Virus record (IMG/VR): IMGVR_UViG_3300028394_000040
DNA from: a virus
DNA: 64,000 nucleotides
Direction: 5' to 3' (one strand)
Shown: positions 28,987 through 37,849 of the stretch, in pieces
Layout: every line of letters begins with the position of its first letter
Numbering within the stretch: the stretch's first letter is position 1
The notes under the pieces: generated by a model
Databases searched by the model: none
What the model saw: the letters and a program-made list of their open reading frames with translations, nothing else
What the model was told of the DNA's origin: nothing
Translations under genes and position numbers: made by a program

Positions 28987-30453
28987 TTAAAGCATTATTT
29001 TTGAGCCTATAAGCATGAAACTTAAGGCAGGGGTACCTGGAACAGAAGATACGTTTAATTTATAATCGCAGGCTATAGAGAACTTTTTAGATATTCTTAA
29101 GTTATACCCAACCCCACCCATTACCGAAAATGCATCTGAGAGATTCCAACCGGAACTAGTACTGTAGGATACAGGAGCAGACATAACAAATACTCCTGGA
29201 GAAATAGAATGCCTAGGGGTAAGTTGAACTGGTTTGGTCCAGAAGCCAGTAAGTGATTTTACAAAAGAATAAGATTCAGGTAAGGCTAATCCTATAAGTC
29301 CAAAGTTAGCTCCTACAACGCCTATTTTTTTAGTTGGCTTAATATAGGTATAACCTCCTATTAACATTTTAGTATTAGCAACATACGCTCCTGTAATGGA
29401 ATAATTACCTATACTTTTTAGTTTACCATCTTTAAAATTCATCAATGTAGTTCTACCTGATAATGCAAATTGCTGTAGGTCTGACCAAATTATTGCACTT
29501 ACACCCCAACTAGATTGACCTGTCATAGATGATTTAGAATAACCTAATGCAAGCATTGTAGTAAACTTATTCCTGTCGGCCTGAGCTACAGTTAAGTCCG
29601 AAGATACCATTATAGGATTAAGTCTTACTGCTTGTTTTTTCTCACCCTTCTTCTCTTCCTTCTTCTCTTCTTTCTTCTCTTCTTTTTTTTCTTCTTTCTT
29701 CTCTTCTTTTTTTTCTTCTTTAGATTCTTCTTTCTTTTCTTCCTTTTTACTTTCTGATTTAGATTCAGACTTACTTTCTTCTTTCGATTCAGATTTACTT
29801 TCGGATTTAGATTCCGTTTTAGTTTCAGTCTTAGTCTCTGTTTTAGTCTCAGAACTGCTAGATGAACTACCTCCTCCTGATGAGCTACTACTTCCTCCAC
29901 TACTAGATGAACTAGAAGGAGTAGAACTAGCTGCTGGAGCTGGAGTAGATGTTGTGGAAGGAGTAGGTGTAGAAGCTGCTGCTGAACTAGCTGTAGAGGA
30001 TGCTGCTGAACTAGCACTAGAAGAAGCAGCTGAACTGGCACTTGAGGCTGCGGCCGATGATGCACTTGAGGCAGCTGAGCTAGCTGCAGATGAAGCGGCT
30101 GTTGCTGCAGAAGAGGCAGCTGCTGTAGCGGCGGTAGAAGCAGCAGATGAAGCGGCGTTAACAGCAGCAGTTACAGCATTATTAATAACATTAGTTACTA
30201 CTGTCTGTTGTTGAGGGCAAGGTATTATAACTGACATAGTTGCTATCCAGGCTTGTAATGCTCCTGTTGTAATATCATCGGCAGTTACTACTCTATAGGC
30301 TCCTCTATAAACAATGGTGACTGCACCATTAACTAAAGGCACAGTCACAGTTGTGATTTTTCCGTCACAAGGGTCTAAAATCGTAGTTGTTAAAACTTGA
30401 GATTTAAGGGTAAACGTACATATGATTAACAGAACCGTTAATACATATTTCAT
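28987..30453 (-). CDS. secreted protein with a long low-complexity linker and predicted C-terminal outer-membrane beta-barrel
   Basis: signal peptide; A/S-rich then EKK-rich linker; ~200 aa of amphipathic beta-strands. Confidence 0.7.
   Translation of the reverse strand: MKYVLTVLLIICTFTLKSQVLTTTILDPCDGKITTVTVPLVNGAVTIVYRGAYRVVTADDITTGALQAWIATMSVIIPCPQQQTVVTNVINNAVTAAVNAASSAASTAATAAASSAATAASSAASSAASSASSAAASSASSAASSSASSAASSTASSAAASTPTPSTTSTPAPAASSTPSSSSSSGGSSSSSGGGSSSSSSETKTETKTETKTESKSESKSESKEESKSESKSESKKEEKKEESKEEKKEEKKEEKKEEKKEEKKEEKKGEKKQAVRLNPIMVSSDLTVAQADRNKFTTMLALGYSKSSMTGQSSWGVSAIIWSDLQQFALSGRTTLMNFKDGKLKSIGNYSITGAYVANTKMLIGGYTYIKPTKKIGVVGANFGLIGLALPESYSFVKSLTGFWTKPVQLTPRHSISPGVFVMSAPVSYSTSSGWNLSDAFSVMGGVGYNLRISKKFSIACDYKLNVSSVPGTPALSFMLIGSKIML
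29640..30180 (-). repeat. coding low-complexity tandem repeats (AASS, ETK/ESK, EEKK)
   Basis: degenerate 12-nt period repeats visible in both DNA and protein. Confidence 0.85.
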
Positions 30454-30782
30454 TACTTTTTAGTATAATATCGACGTTTTTTCTTTTTTAGTAACTTCAT
30501 ATCTTTTGCTTCTTCAGCAGCTGCTTCTGTAATAGCTGCTGGTACCTCTTCCGGTATTACTGGCTCAGTACTACCTACTACAGTAAGTTGTGGATCCTGT
30601 ACTACTACCTCTTCTAAACTAGATGAAGGTTCCGCGGGTACGTCCGGTAAAGGAGGTCTAGAATCAATATTCTTTAAAACTTCTTTTACCAGAATCTCTT
30701 CTGAGTTAGTTGATGTCTTATACTTCTTATAAAGGAAGTATCCCGAAACTGCTAATGCCAATACGATTATAACTGTTAACAT
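30453..30782 (-). CDS. single-TM membrane protein
   Basis: N-terminal TM, Pro/Glu-rich middle, basic tail. Confidence 0.55.
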   Translation of the reverse strand: MLTVIIVLALAVSGYFLYKKYKTSTNSEEILVKEVLKNIDSRPPLPDVPAEPSSSLEEVVVQDPQLTVVGSTEPVIPEEVPAAITEAAAEEAKDMKLLKKKKRRYYTKK

Positions 30783-30794
30783 AAAATTGATTGT

Positions 30795-31529
30795 TTAATT
30801 TTTAAAAATACGTTTCTTAATCATTCTTACAAGGATTCTAGATGATGCAATTTCTAAAGCTTTTTTTGTAGTCGTACCTATAGTAGACTGATTAAATTTA
30901 ACTTCTGAAAAGTTATCATCATTCATTAAAGTAAGCTCTCTAACTGTCTTAGCTTCCCCTAAACCTGAACCTGTAAAGTATTCCCCGGTTTCTGCATCGA
31001 CAAATTTAACCTGTAGGCCCATTCTAGTTACTACAGTGTTTTTAACTCCATTTTTGAGATTTACTGTTTCGTCTTCACTGACGCTAAAATCATAAACCTC
31101 AATATAGACAAAGTATCTAGCAAGTTTTATCTTACCTCTTCCGTCTAATTTATTCTCTGTTATACCTGATTGGCTAGCTTGAAACTGCTTAACCATTCGA
31201 TTTTTGATCTCTGCTTTATCTTCTGTAAAAGTAAATCTTCCCGTCTCTTCCAAAAACTCCACAACAATATTTGTAACCCCTAATCCTACTCTTTTGTCTT
31301 TTAATTCGGGATATGCGGCATAAACTTCTTCGTTTATACCTAACTGAAGTAACTGTACTGGAATCGTTGGTCCATCGTAATTCATTAGAGAGTCGATATT
31401 GATTTTTTTTTCAAAGGAAGCTTGATATGCTTCTGTCTTTGTTGAACCAACTACCTGACTTACTGCCGGTAAAGATAGTAAAGTAAAAAGTAAAAACCAA
31501 ATTTTAGTCATATGATTCATCAGTATCAT
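30795..31529 (-). CDS. CsgG/HfaB-like secreted protein
   Basis: signal peptide; L..TGRF.F.E, KIKLARYFVYIEVYDF and QVKFVDAETGE pattern of the CsgG fold. Confidence 0.7.
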   Translation of the reverse strand: MILMNHMTKIWFLLFTLLSLPAVSQVVGSTKTEAYQASFEKKINIDSLMNYDGPTIPVQLLQLGINEEVYAAYPELKDKRVGLGVTNIVVEFLEETGRFTFTEDKAEIKNRMVKQFQASQSGITENKLDGRGKIKLARYFVYIEVYDFSVSEDETVNLKNGVKNTVVTRMGLQVKFVDAETGEYFTGSGLGEAKTVRELTLMNDDNFSEVKFNQSTIGTTTKKALEIASSRILVRMIKKRIFKN

Positions 31530-31803
31530 TTTGTACAGGCTTAGTTGCCTTAGCTACCTTATCTTTCATTCCAGTAAATTTATCTACAGAAGATAAACCT
31601 AAAGCCCCGAACGCTAATAATGCTACCGCATTAACTAAAGAGTCAGCAGGAGCAATATGTGCTTCAGAAAAAGAATTAGAGTACATAGTAATACATAATG
31701 TAAGTGCAGCTAACAAGCCAACAAATCTTTTAGATGATACAGCTCCTTTTTCATCAGCTAATAAAGAATTAGCACCATCCATAAATTTTTTTAAAATTTC
31801 CAT
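31504..31803 (-). CDS. two-TM membrane protein (holin-like); likely start at 31803
   Basis: SSKRFVGLL plus two TM helices; TAATG coupling to the upstream ORF. Confidence 0.6.
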   Translation of the reverse strand: MEILKKFMDGANSLLADEKGAVSSKRFVGLLAALTLCITMYSNSFSEAHIAPADSLVNAVALLAFGALGLSSVDKFTGMKDKVAKATKPVQNDTDESYD

Positions 31804-31955
31804 TACCAAGGTTGTTTAGAGATTATGGCCGATATCTGCTTAGCTTTTAAGTTTTGGTCTGTAAAATGTAAGTATACAAAATACGATTGGAATGCTAAAG
31901 CAACAAAGATCCAAGCCAAAACCAAATTCGAAAATATTTTATATAACTTATTCAT
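31803..31955 (-). CDS. small membrane protein (50 aa, not in ORF track)
   Basis: hand translation MNKLYKIFSNLVLAWIFVALAFQSYFVYLHFTDQNLKAKQISAIISKQPW*. Confidence 0.55.
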   Translation of the reverse strand: MNKLYKIFSNLVLAWIFVALAFQSYFVYLHFTDQNLKAKQISAIISKQPW

Positions 31956-31962
31956 TTTATTA

Positions 31963-32538
31963 TTAATCTATATTATCCTTAATTTTTCCACATTTTAAAC
32001 ATTCCTCATCTCCATCCCCGTCCGAGTCACCCCATACATGGTCACATTGACGATGTTCAAAGTATTCATCTATCTTACCATCACCGTCAAAATCCAAACC
32101 ATCCATAGTTCCATCTCCGTCTTCATCAACCTCCACACCTTTCTTTCCCTCTGACTTCTTAGCTGTAGAATCAGTAATCGCATTGGTAAATGCTTCAGGA
32201 ATAATCGGAGTTGAAGCAGGGGTAGCGGCATCCCCTCCAGCTGTGTTAGATAAAGAAATTCCATCTTCCTCATCCATTTTTTGAACCAACATTTTATCTT
32301 TGTCAGTATCAGAGAACCAGTAATCAATAATCTTTCCATATGATCCGATAAATGCTCCTAACAATAGTAGTAATAACTCTTTCCATTCACCTTCTATAGT
32401 AGTACCTTTAACTATAGCTAGAAAGATACCACCTATAATAAACATAAAACCACCAAGAACCATAGCTGTAATAAGCCATCTTCTTGTCATCATTTGATTT
32501 AACAGGTCTTTAAACCCTGTTGCATTAGACTGTAACAT
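31963..32538 (-). CDS. two-TM protein with acidic Ca-binding-like DxDGDG repeats
   Basis: DEDGDG, DFDGDG and DSDGDG; C-terminal CDH...CLKC. Confidence 0.65.
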   Translation of the reverse strand: MLQSNATGFKDLLNQMMTRRWLITAMVLGGFMFIIGGIFLAIVKGTTIEGEWKELLLLLLGAFIGSYGKIIDYWFSDTDKDKMLVQKMDEEDGISLSNTAGGDAATPASTPIIPEAFTNAITDSTAKKSEGKKGVEVDEDGDGTMDGLDFDGDGKIDEYFEHRQCDHVWGDSDGDGDEECLKCGKIKDNID

Positions 32539-32555
32539 ATTTTATACTTTTTTAA

Positions 32556-32864
32556 TTACCACTTTGGTTCTTCTTTCAAAGCTTCCTTTTCTGTCTTTGC
32601 TTTAGGTTTAGCAGGTTTTTCCACTACTCTCTCAATAACCTTAGTTCCGCCACCGGCTGCTTGTTGTTGAGAGTTATTAGTAGTAATATTAATTACCGGG
32701 GCAGGAGCAGTAACAGCTGCTGGTTGTGCTGATTCTGCTTCTTTTTCACCACCGAATATATGTGATGCCAACCAAGTACCAGCACCTACTATAAGAGTTC
32801 CTCCTGTAGCTACTGCTGTTTTGATCAATCCTGACCAAGTTCCATCATTATTTTCTTCTGACAT
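32556..32864 (-). CDS. single-TM protein
   Basis: TM followed by APAPVINITT. Confidence 0.55.
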   Translation of the reverse strand: MSEENNDGTWSGLIKTAVATGGTLIVGAGTWLASHIFGGEKEAESAQPAAVTAPAPVINITTNNSQQQAAGGGTKVIERVVEKPAKPKAKTEKEALKEEPKW

Positions 32865-32868
32865 TATC

Positions 32869-33237
32869 TTATCTTTTAATTACTAATGGTTTTTTAACTG
32901 ATACTCCGGATACGTCTGTTAAGGTAAGATCGTAAAGTCCATCTTCCAAATCTGTAAAATCGTATATCTTTGTTACAATTTGTTCTTCAGCAGTTAAAGG
33001 TAAAGTCTTACTTGGTTCAGAAGCAGCAAATTTATAAACTTGAACAGAATATTTTGCTCCAGCAGTAACTGCGTATTGAACCGTAACCTTTCCACCAACT
33101 GAATTTATACTTATGATACCTGTAGATTTAGAAGTAGCGCCTAAATTAATACTTGGCTCTGTTAACACATCTACATCTGAGCATCCTATTATAAATAGAG
33201 ATGAAACTAGTACTCCTAATATTAATAAGTTTTTCAT
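32869..33237 (-). CDS. lipoprotein with Ig-like, T9SS-CTD-like domain
   Basis: lipobox-like FIIG-C; C-terminus DFTDLEDGLYDLTLTDVSGVSVKKPLVIKR. Confidence 0.6.
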   Translation of the reverse strand: MKNLLILGVLVSSLFIIGCSDVDVLTEPSINLGATSKSTGIISINSVGGKVTVQYAVTAGAKYSVQVYKFAASEPSKTLPLTAEEQIVTKIYDFTDLEDGLYDLTLTDVSGVSVKKPLVIKR

Positions 33238-33239
33238 AG

Positions 33240-35042
33240 TTAAAAATTGTTATATCCAGTTAATTTTATTGAATCTGTATTTAGATTTATACCTAATTGA
33301 GAACCTTTATTATCTGCTGCATCCATAGCAGGAGTCACTTTTATTAAGGAGTTTATATCTAATCCGTTGTTAATAGTAGAGAACTTTAAAACAAAAGGAG
33401 TAAGAGAACCTTTTATAGGAGTTTTAAAATCTTTATCTACTCCACCAAATTTTATTGTACCTGTTACATTATTAGCAAAAATTTGCCATGTTTCAGGTAA
33501 TGTAGATTTCATACTTTCAAATTTAATTTTAGAAGAGTCGTATTTAAATTCAAATTGTAAAGCAGAAATATTAGCTCCGTCGATATTAACCGGAATTTCT
33601 ATAGTATTAGATGTCACTGTAGTATTTTTTAAACTAACACTAATTGAAGGTACATTTTGAGGTGTGTTAATAAATGCTTCACTACGATTCATACTAGGAC
33701 CGGAAGCATATAATTTATTAGCTATACTTCTTTTTAATGACGGAATAGCATTTGTCTGTATATTACCGTTCTGAACTACTTGTGAAGAATGTGAACGATT
33801 TACATCACCAGGTAAAACATATTTAATGTCTATAGTAAGTGGATTTCCTGATGTTGCAGGAGATGTATATTCAAATACAGCTTGTGATGTTTTTGGTGCA
33901 TCAGTTTTCCAATTTGAAGGTGTCAATCCATCAAAATGTGCTGCTTTGAATGTAGGTACACTCATATGCCCTCCACTTCCTTGAACATATCCAGAAGGTA
34001 TTGTAATTAATTGATTTACACCAACTGCTTGTGCATATAATCTAGTTAAATCACCACCATCAAAACTGTCACTTCTATTAACATCAGCTGCCCAATATCC
34101 CATACCAGTTTTAATACTTTGATTACCATATGTTTTATCTAAGTTTTGAGTTATAAATTCAGCATCAGCTGTTGTATAATCAGATACTGATACCGCGGAA
34201 TTCATTATGCCCGGTAATTGATCCATATTAATGAATGTCATAATCTTATATGCTGTATTAGCTGTTATCAAAGTATCAATAACATTTACCTTACCATCTG
34301 CTGTAACATCAAATAATGGACCTGTATTGTCTGCTTTTAAAAAACCAACTTTAACATGAGCTGGATTAATATTTCCATTTAAATCTAATTTAGCATAAAA
34401 GAATTTTTTAGCTAATGGATTTAATGTAATTACGTTAGTTAATGGAATTTCGTTTATTGCAGCACCTGATGAGCCGTTTTGGTTAAATGATGCAGCAAAG
34501 TTCATTTTAATTGGATTCCATGTATCACCTACTGCTGTTGATTTTAATCTAAAGCGGAGTCTCAGTACATCACTATAAGCATTATAAGGTAGAGGTGAAT
34601 TAGAAGCCCAGTTTAAATAAACACGAATAATAGTTTTAGGACCACCTTGAGTATAATTGTAACCAGCATTGTTGTAGTTAGTATTACCATTTGCTGTCGT
34701 ATTATTTGCATTTCCAGCAAAAGAATAACCTGGGTATGTATAATTACTTATTGTAATTGATGATCCTGCTGGCAATACTCCACCATTTCCTCCAGTGCCA
34801 GTATGAGCCACACTTATAAAATCAAAGGCTGTATTTTGAAATTCGAAATCAAAATAAAGAGAACGAGCAGTTGTATTGCCGTTTCCATTTAATTGAACAG
34901 GAACAAAAAACTCATCACCTTTCATGATAGTTGTACCACCAACATTAATTTTCGTGGAATCAGAAGATAACCTAATTTTAGGTTCTTGAGCAAATGCAGT
35001 TAAACTTACCAAGGTTAATAGTAAGACTAAAAATTTTTTCAT
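33240..35042 (-). CDS. secreted cohesin-dockerin-cohesin domain protein
   Basis: signal peptide; cohesin-like GDEFFVPVQL..SLYFDFEF and IEIPVNI..ISALQFEFKYDSSKIKF; dockerin-like AADVNRSDSFDGGD and PGDVNRS. Confidence 0.75.
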   Translation of the reverse strand: MKKFLVLLLTLVSLTAFAQEPKIRLSSDSTKINVGGTTIMKGDEFFVPVQLNGNGNTTARSLYFDFEFQNTAFDFISVAHTGTGGNGGVLPAGSSITISNYTYPGYSFAGNANNTTANGNTNYNNAGYNYTQGGPKTIIRVYLNWASNSPLPYNAYSDVLRLRFRLKSTAVGDTWNPIKMNFAASFNQNGSSGAAINEIPLTNVITLNPLAKKFFYAKLDLNGNINPAHVKVGFLKADNTGPLFDVTADGKVNVIDTLITANTAYKIMTFINMDQLPGIMNSAVSVSDYTTADAEFITQNLDKTYGNQSIKTGMGYWAADVNRSDSFDGGDLTRLYAQAVGVNQLITIPSGYVQGSGGHMSVPTFKAAHFDGLTPSNWKTDAPKTSQAVFEYTSPATSGNPLTIDIKYVLPGDVNRSHSSQVVQNGNIQTNAIPSLKRSIANKLYASGPSMNRSEAFINTPQNVPSISVSLKNTTVTSNTIEIPVNIDGANISALQFEFKYDSSKIKFESMKSTLPETWQIFANNVTGTIKFGGVDKDFKTPIKGSLTPFVLKFSTINNGLDINSLIKVTPAMDAADNKGSQLGINLNTDSIKLTGYNNF

Positions 35043-35542
35043 AGTTTGTCTAGTAGTTTAGTGACTAAGGAAACCGATGCCTTTTTTAAAGCATTACGAA
35101 GTGATTGTTGATTAAAACCTCCGGCTTCAGAAATCAATAAAGTAGACATTGAAATTTCTGATGACTTTTCTGTAGCGGTCTTAGTACGAAGTACTTTACC
35201 TTTTTGAACTAATTGCCCTTTTAAAGTTATTATAACTGAATTTACGTCCTTGTGAAATACTGATAGGTTAGAGTTAACTTGTTCAACATCTAAATAGATT
35301 ACCTCTACTTCTATTGAGTAGTCAGCTTCTTCTTTATTAGATGATAAAGAGTAACTTTCAGATACTAATTCTTCTAATATATTTTTTACTCCAAAGGTTA
35401 ATTTAAAATTACCTGCTAAAGGTCCAACAACTACTTTGTTGTCCACCTTGTTAATAAAAAGACTTTTAGGATTACTTTGTGCTTGAATAGAACAAAGGGG
35501 TATTATACTTAATAAAAAAGCAACTAATAATTTCATATTCAT
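35039..35542 (-). CDS. secreted alpha/beta protein (LptE/CsgG-like fold possible)
   Basis: signal peptide; ADYSIEVEV and NALKKASVSLV resemble the 30795..31529 C-terminus. Confidence 0.5.
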   Translation of the reverse strand: MNMKLLVAFLLSIIPLCSIQAQSNPKSLFINKVDNKVVVGPLAGNFKLTFGVKNILEELVSESYSLSSNKEEADYSIEVEVIYLDVEQVNSNLSVFHKDVNSVIITLKGQLVQKGKVLRTKTATEKSSEISMSTLLISEAGGFNQQSLRNALKKASVSLVTKLLDKL

Positions 35543-35590
35543 AGTTAGGTCGAATATAAATAGAATAGTTACTTAGAAACTTTCTAAAAT

Positions 35591-35620
35591 AAAAAAAAAA
35601 GCCTGCTACTGCAGGCCTTT
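35591..35620 (-). terminator. intrinsic terminator
   Basis: GCCTGC-AGTA-GCAGGC followed by a ~10-nt T tract on the minus strand. Confidence 0.8.
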
Positions 35621-35652
35621 TCTTCGATATTTAATACTTTATATTGATATAC

Positions 35653-36156
35653 TTAATCCCACCATGAACTAATATTTTTCTCCAATATAGAGAATAGTAA
35701 TTTTTTAGCTCTGTTATGATTTAAAATGCCAATTGATAAAGCTACTCCGAAATCTGTATCAGTATTTACTATAGGTTTTTTCATAGACATAACTTGCTTA
35801 CGAGATTTTCTATATTTCTTAAAAAACTCTGTATAGTCTTCATGTAAAACTTTTACCTTTAAGTACCCATTATCCTCTACATTAAACTCAGCTTGCTGAC
35901 ATTCATGGGATTCATTAATATAATCTTCGTTGTTAACTTTATCCATTAACCTACAACATAAAAGCATAATCTCAGCATCTCGTTTTGCATTGAGATGACG
36001 ATTATTGCCTCCTATATGTTCAGCTTGATTCTTTAATTTGAATTTAAAAATCTCATAGATGTAGTGCTGGTCCCAGTCTTGGTCTTTCCATATGATTGGA
36101 AACCATCTGTAGAGGTTATAAATTCTCTTAAAAAATTGCTTCAAACTATAGTACAT
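35653..36156 (-). CDS. conserved hypothetical phage protein
   Basis: RWFPIIWKDQDWD...WWD. Confidence 0.65.
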   Translation of the reverse strand: MYYSLKQFFKRIYNLYRWFPIIWKDQDWDQHYIYEIFKFKLKNQAEHIGGNNRHLNAKRDAEIMLLCCRLMDKVNNEDYINESHECQQAEFNVEDNGYLKVKVLHEDYTEFFKKYRKSRKQVMSMKKPIVNTDTDFGVALSIGILNHNRAKKLLFSILEKNISSWWD

Positions 36157-36161
36157 TAGAA

Positions 36162-36389
36162 TTATACTGCTTTAGAATCATCCTGTGAAACAACAGCTAC
36201 GATATTAGCTTTTGAAGCTGCTTTAACTTCAAAATCACTAGCTCCACTTTTTATTAAAAATTGCGTTATACGTACCTCGGCTTCTGTTACGGACATTGCA
36301 TCTACTAAGTATGAATACTTTTGTTTTTTTAATTTACCACGCTCGTCAAAAGCTTCGAATTCTACGCGTACTGTGAAATAATTTACCAT
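36162..36389 (-). CDS. DUF4494-like protein
   Basis: KYSYLVDAMSVTEAEVRI, characteristic of a Bacteroidota family. Confidence 0.7.
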   Translation of the reverse strand: MVNYFTVRVEFEAFDERGKLKKQKYSYLVDAMSVTEAEVRITQFLIKSGASDFEVKAASKANIVAVVSQDDSKAV

Positions 36390-36393
36390 ACTT

Positions 36394-36609
36394 TTAGTTG
36401 TTTATTGTTAATTTATAATTTGGTGAAGTAGTTGCTAGACTTATATTACCATTAGAATATATTCGCATACGTTCTACTCCATTTACTCCAATACTCATAT
36501 CAGCATTACTTGTGTGCTTTGCTAAAGATAGTTTTTTAGGTTTTGAGTTAGGCACAAATGCGGCTCCTGCTAGTAATCCCAGTGATGCTAAAAAGTCTTT
36601 ACGTTTCAT
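36394..36609 (-). CDS. small protein with a Tat-like leader and one tail-fibre-type repeat
   Basis: MKRKDFL leader; ERMRIYSNGNISLATTSPNYKL. Confidence 0.55.
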   Translation of the reverse strand: MKRKDFLASLGLLAGAAFVPNSKPKKLSLAKHTSNADMSIGVNGVERMRIYSNGNISLATTSPNYKLTINN

Positions 36610-36610
36610 A

Positions 36611-36889
36611 CTATGTTGTTTTTCTTAGTTCTCCCGGCATGAATTCATCGTTTACATGGCTACACTTACTGCATACAAATACAGGTATCGGCACTAAGGC
36701 ATCTTGGTGAGACCCTATTAGAATCTTAGATGCTTTTCGTAGTAATGTTCCTTCTTGAAATATACTGTTACCGCATTCTTCACAAACGATAGGAGTCGTC
36801 TTGTCTAATGAAATGTTTAATTTTGGAGTACTTGACATATTTAGCTTTATTTTAAAACTAAATGTATTTAATTTGCTTATAAAAAGCAA
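36611..36889 (-). CDS. zinc-ribbon protein (likely start 36838)
   Basis: CEECG...CSKCSHVN. Confidence 0.6.
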   Translation of the reverse strand: MLFISKLNTFSFKIKLNMSSTPKLNISLDKTTPIVCEECGNSIFQEGTLLRKASKILIGSHQDALVPIPVFVCSKCSHVNDEFMPGELRKTT

Positions 36890-37306
36890 CTACATAGAAA
36901 GCTTTATTCTTACCCGAATACAGGTCTGCGGTAATTTTTGATTTTTTAAATAATTGTTAACATAACCCATCATATTAGCAGAACCAATAGGGTTAGCTGA
37001 ATGTATGTAAATTTGAGGTAATGGAATACTTGTGGACATACTTTCTGCTACTAAAAACCTAGCACAGTCCATTCCTGTTTTTTCCAAGATATTATTATAA
37101 TCTAAGGTATAGTTAGGCGATCCATTTAAAATGTACTCTTGAATAGCTGAGTCTCCTAAGTCGTGATCTAAAGATATTACATCGTAGTTTTCTAAACCTA
37201 CTTGCTGAATATGTTTAACTAATTCTTCGAAGGTTCTTACAACTTCCCATTCTTTATCTAAAGGTGTTCTAATATCGTCTAGGTACAGTTTTATTTTATT
37301 CTCCAT
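36890..37306 (-). CDS. cyclic-phosphate-processing receiver-like domain protein
   Basis: LYLDDIRTP, ISLDHDLG, TGMDCARFL, HSANPIG. Confidence 0.75.
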   Translation of the reverse strand: MENKIKLYLDDIRTPLDKEWEVVRTFEELVKHIQQVGLENYDVISLDHDLGDSAIQEYILNGSPNYTLDYNNILEKTGMDCARFLVAESMSTSIPLPQIYIHSANPIGSANMMGYVNNYLKNQKLPQTCIRVRIKLSM

Positions 37307-37343
37307 TATATTACATAGTTAAAAACACCACCGTTAATTAACT

Positions 37344-37598
37344 TTATTTTTTAGTTATAAATTTATTTTCTAATTTATCTAATCTCGAATCCATTTGAGA
37401 GAAGACGTTATTTTCTAGTTCATCGATTCTTCGATGCGTATCAGACAAATCCCTTTCTAATTTCTGGAAAATGTCTGAAATCAAATGCTCCATTTCTTTT
37501 TCTATTTTTCTTACCTTAACGAAAGATATAACTGCAACTATCGATAATCCGATAACCACAACTAATGCAATCCCTAAAATGAATGATAAAATATCCAT
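37344..37598 (-). CDS. TM-anchored coiled-coil protein
   Basis: ATG at 37598 preceded by AGGAG; N-terminal TM plus heptads (DSRLDKLE). Confidence 0.65.
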   Translation of the reverse strand: MDILSFILGIALVVVIGLSIVAVISFVKVRKIEKEMEHLISDIFQKLERDLSDTHRRIDELENNVFSQMDSRLDKLENKFITKK

Positions 37599-37637
37599 GA
37601 TTAATTTTCTCCTATATGTCAAAGAACGGTGGTGTAG

Positions 37638-37709
37638 TGGACCCGGAGGATTACGATACCCCGGCCTAATGATTATGAGTCATTTGCTCTACCTCTGAGC
37701 TACAAGTCC
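37638..37709 (-). tRNA. tRNA with CAT anticodon (Ile2-like or Met)
   Basis: acceptor GGACTTG/CGGGTCC; D arm GCTC..GAGC; anticodon arm AATGA-CTCATAA-TCATT; atypical T loop. Confidence 0.85.
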
Positions 37710-37849
37710 ATAATTAAAGAGCTTTACTTTTTATCGTCGGTACTCTTTATGAAGGAGTGTCTAATTGGGCGCTCCTAACCCTGGTTCAGCACGTTTGTGT
37801 CGTCTAACCAGCCTCATCAGTTCTCGGCACAACCCTAGATGAGAGTCTG

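Noticed and set aside
29625-30214. ORFs 29625..30065 (-) and 29954..30214 (+)
   Set aside because: Alternative-frame shadows of the low-complexity repeat in 28987..30453
37780-37830. Hammerhead ribozyme core (CUGAUGA seen)
   Set aside because: No GAAA follows the adjacent stem, and the CUGAUGAG is paired in a hairpin
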